Below the pieces are notes generated by a model. It did not search any database and was not told the DNA's origin. It worked only from the letters and a program-made list of their open reading frames with translations. From Selaginella moellendorffii (lineage: Eukaryota > Plantae > Lycopodiophyta): a stretch of 64,000 bases of DNA. Every line of letters starts with the position of its first letter. The stretch's first letter is position 1. Of this stretch, positions 61,925 to 64,000 are shown piece after piece. A program made the position numbers and the translations under genes. The stretch covers positions 629,619 to 693,618 of the forward strand of contig NW_003314288.1 in NCBI RefSeq assembly GCF_000143415.4, written 5' to 3'.

Positions 61925-63208
61925 TTGCTTGGCATGAGACTATATGATAGTGTAGTGTATTTATAAGAGAGTCATCCCATACTTGTGTATAGGCATGAGA
62001 GCGCATGCCTAGAAATCTCAAAACAAAAGAACAAAGATTTACAAGAGAGAGTCATCCAAAACTGGTCTATAGGTGTACAAGTGCATGCCAAGAAATCTCA
62101 AGCTTCTTTGGAGAAACTCAAATTTGAGTTTGGCTAGGCATGAGCCCACATGCTAGCTTAAAAAAACAAGAGACCATGAGAGAGAGAGTGTTAGAAATCC
62201 TTACATTTTTTAAGAATGAGTGTGAGACCATGCTTGTTCAAAGTAACTCTTGTTTCTCTAGTCATTTTACAAACTTGCATTTACCAATCTGTTTCTCTCT
62301 TAATTTGACTTTGGTTTATTGTGAGCTCATATTCTTTCATCAATACATTAAATTGGGTCTTTAGCATGCAAGTGCATACTAGAAATTCTTTGACTTTGTG
62401 TGTGCTTATTTTATGCATTTTTAATTATTTTTGCTACATATTTTCATGTTTTGTTTTCTCATATTCACAAAAGGAGCGTTGTTTTTTAATTTCCTATTTG
62501 CTTGTCTTTTTTGTACTTTTTTCCTTCTATTTATGTTTTGATATTTGTAATTTTCTTTGTTTTTCTCAAGTTGTGAAAAGGAGATGTAATAGAGATTGTT
62601 TGGGATAATGAAGGATCAATTGCAAAGAGAAGAATAGAATCTTTAGATGCTACTTGCATTTGTCACTGTGCTTCTTTAAGAGTTAGATGTGTTTTTCTTT
62701 GCATTATTAAGGTGTTTAACTCGAATTACTCCCCCTTTATAGGTGAGTTGGATGCTAATGGGTTTTTTATATAGAAGTAGAATCAATTGATGTCTCCAAT
62801 AGAGATATTTCCTACCAAAATCTCTTAGGGAAATACAATTGGAACACAAAGGAATAATGATGAAAATATTATTTCACAGAAGATAGAGAGCAAAAATATT
62901 TCTGAAGGTAAGAATATCCCTAACTCTGGTTGTTCTTCTATAGATATAAAGCTATATGGTATATATGTAATATATGGTATAAATGTTTTGTGAAGATAGT
63001 GGATGCTATACATGTAGTTGTGCCTGAGGGACTAGTTATTATTGTAGACCCTCAAGATGCTCTACACAACATAACTTTAGGGTGGGATTATATTGGAATC
63101 TCAATCTCTTCTTTTGGTGATGTTTCAAGTAAGTTAGAAATAGGTAGTGTAGTTCAATGGAAACTATCCCAAACTCTTTTGATAATAGTATACCATCTAC
63201 CATACTAA
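61925..63208 (+). mobile_element. Decayed 5' part of a relative of the 11178-23458 transposon
   Basis: VVPEGLVIIVDPQDALHNITLGWDYIGISI..LEIGSVVQWKL aligns with VVAEGLATVVDPRDAVANQELGWDDIGVAI..LTIGSIVRWKL; variant palindromes at 61990, 62070 and 62135. Confidence 0.7.
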
Positions 63209-64000
63209 TAAACACTTGCATTTCTTCTTCACATTATTGAAAATGAAAATATACATTTATCAAATGAGCTATTAAGAAGCAACCAAGCAAAAAAAAATCA
63301 AATACTAAGGATTTAACAAGTGGAGGTCCCTTGGGGACGATGGGGAATAAAAATAACAGTTAATTGAAGCATGGACAGCGATCGAAGATAAAAAATATAA
63401 GAATCAAAAATCTAAAAACCTATATTAATAACAATCTTGAGGACAACAATATTTAAAATACAACCATTACTCAGCTTAGACTTTTTGAACATCACTATCA
63501 ATTGGAGAATGCGGACGCTCATAGTGAGCATGTGTACGACTTTATACAACCCAATTAAAGGTAGGCTACAATTACTTTACAACAATTTAACACAACAAAG
63601 ACTCGTAAAAAGAATAGCCATAGTATGCATTTGTGTTCGATCCCAAAGTTGGCAAGCAACAACCTTGTTGAAGATTGATCAACTTTATCGAGCCGAGGAC
63701 AACATAGCAACACAAATACCAATACATAAGATCATGTTAGTCTACAGAACATGATTCTAGAACTACATAACATTTCCTCAAGAAGAACACAACAAACGAA
63801 AGACAATAAAAAAAAAAACCAAGAAAACAAATTCAAGAAAATGATAACTCAAGAAAACTCTAGCACAACATCAAATATACAAATACAACTCTGATCCACT
63901 CAAGAAACAAGAGCAAGATCAAAGACAATAAATATGAGAAAAGAAGAAACAACTCTAGCAAAAATTAGAAGTAGACAAGCAATAGAAGACTAAGCTAAAT

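Overview
Eukaryotic plant nuclear DNA, most likely a lycophyte such as Selaginella (inferred from ~50-bp introns, PLS/DYW PPR style and Tcn1-like chromoviruses). The window is a transposon-dense block with two assembly gaps (15140-15409, 42794-42893). From left to right it holds: gypsy and LINE remnants; one intact PLS-DYW PPR gene with a 333-bp tandem array and an N-terminal OSB-type PDF ssDNA-binding motif; a nested transposon stack (PIF/Harbinger remnants, five LTR Ty3/gypsy elements with resolvable LTRs, and a DNA transposon); and a patchwork of pseudogenes (PPR, alpha-L-fucosidase, a PPR-SEC16 chimera). The most notable item is a complete 12.3-kb DNA transposon at 11178-23458, with 24-bp TIRs and a 4-bp AGTG TSD, inserted into a gypsy pol. 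It encodes a Sola1-like DDD transposase and, divergently, one large spliced accessory gene (ParB-like + amino-methyltransferase-like + acidic tract + FCP1/NIF HAD phosphatase-like). It carries about 20 copies of a 22-bp palindrome (ATGGCATG-N6-CATGCCAT), many inside introns. A decayed relative near 62-63 kb carries a variant palindrome. All domain calls are by-eye motif recognition; no database searches were run.
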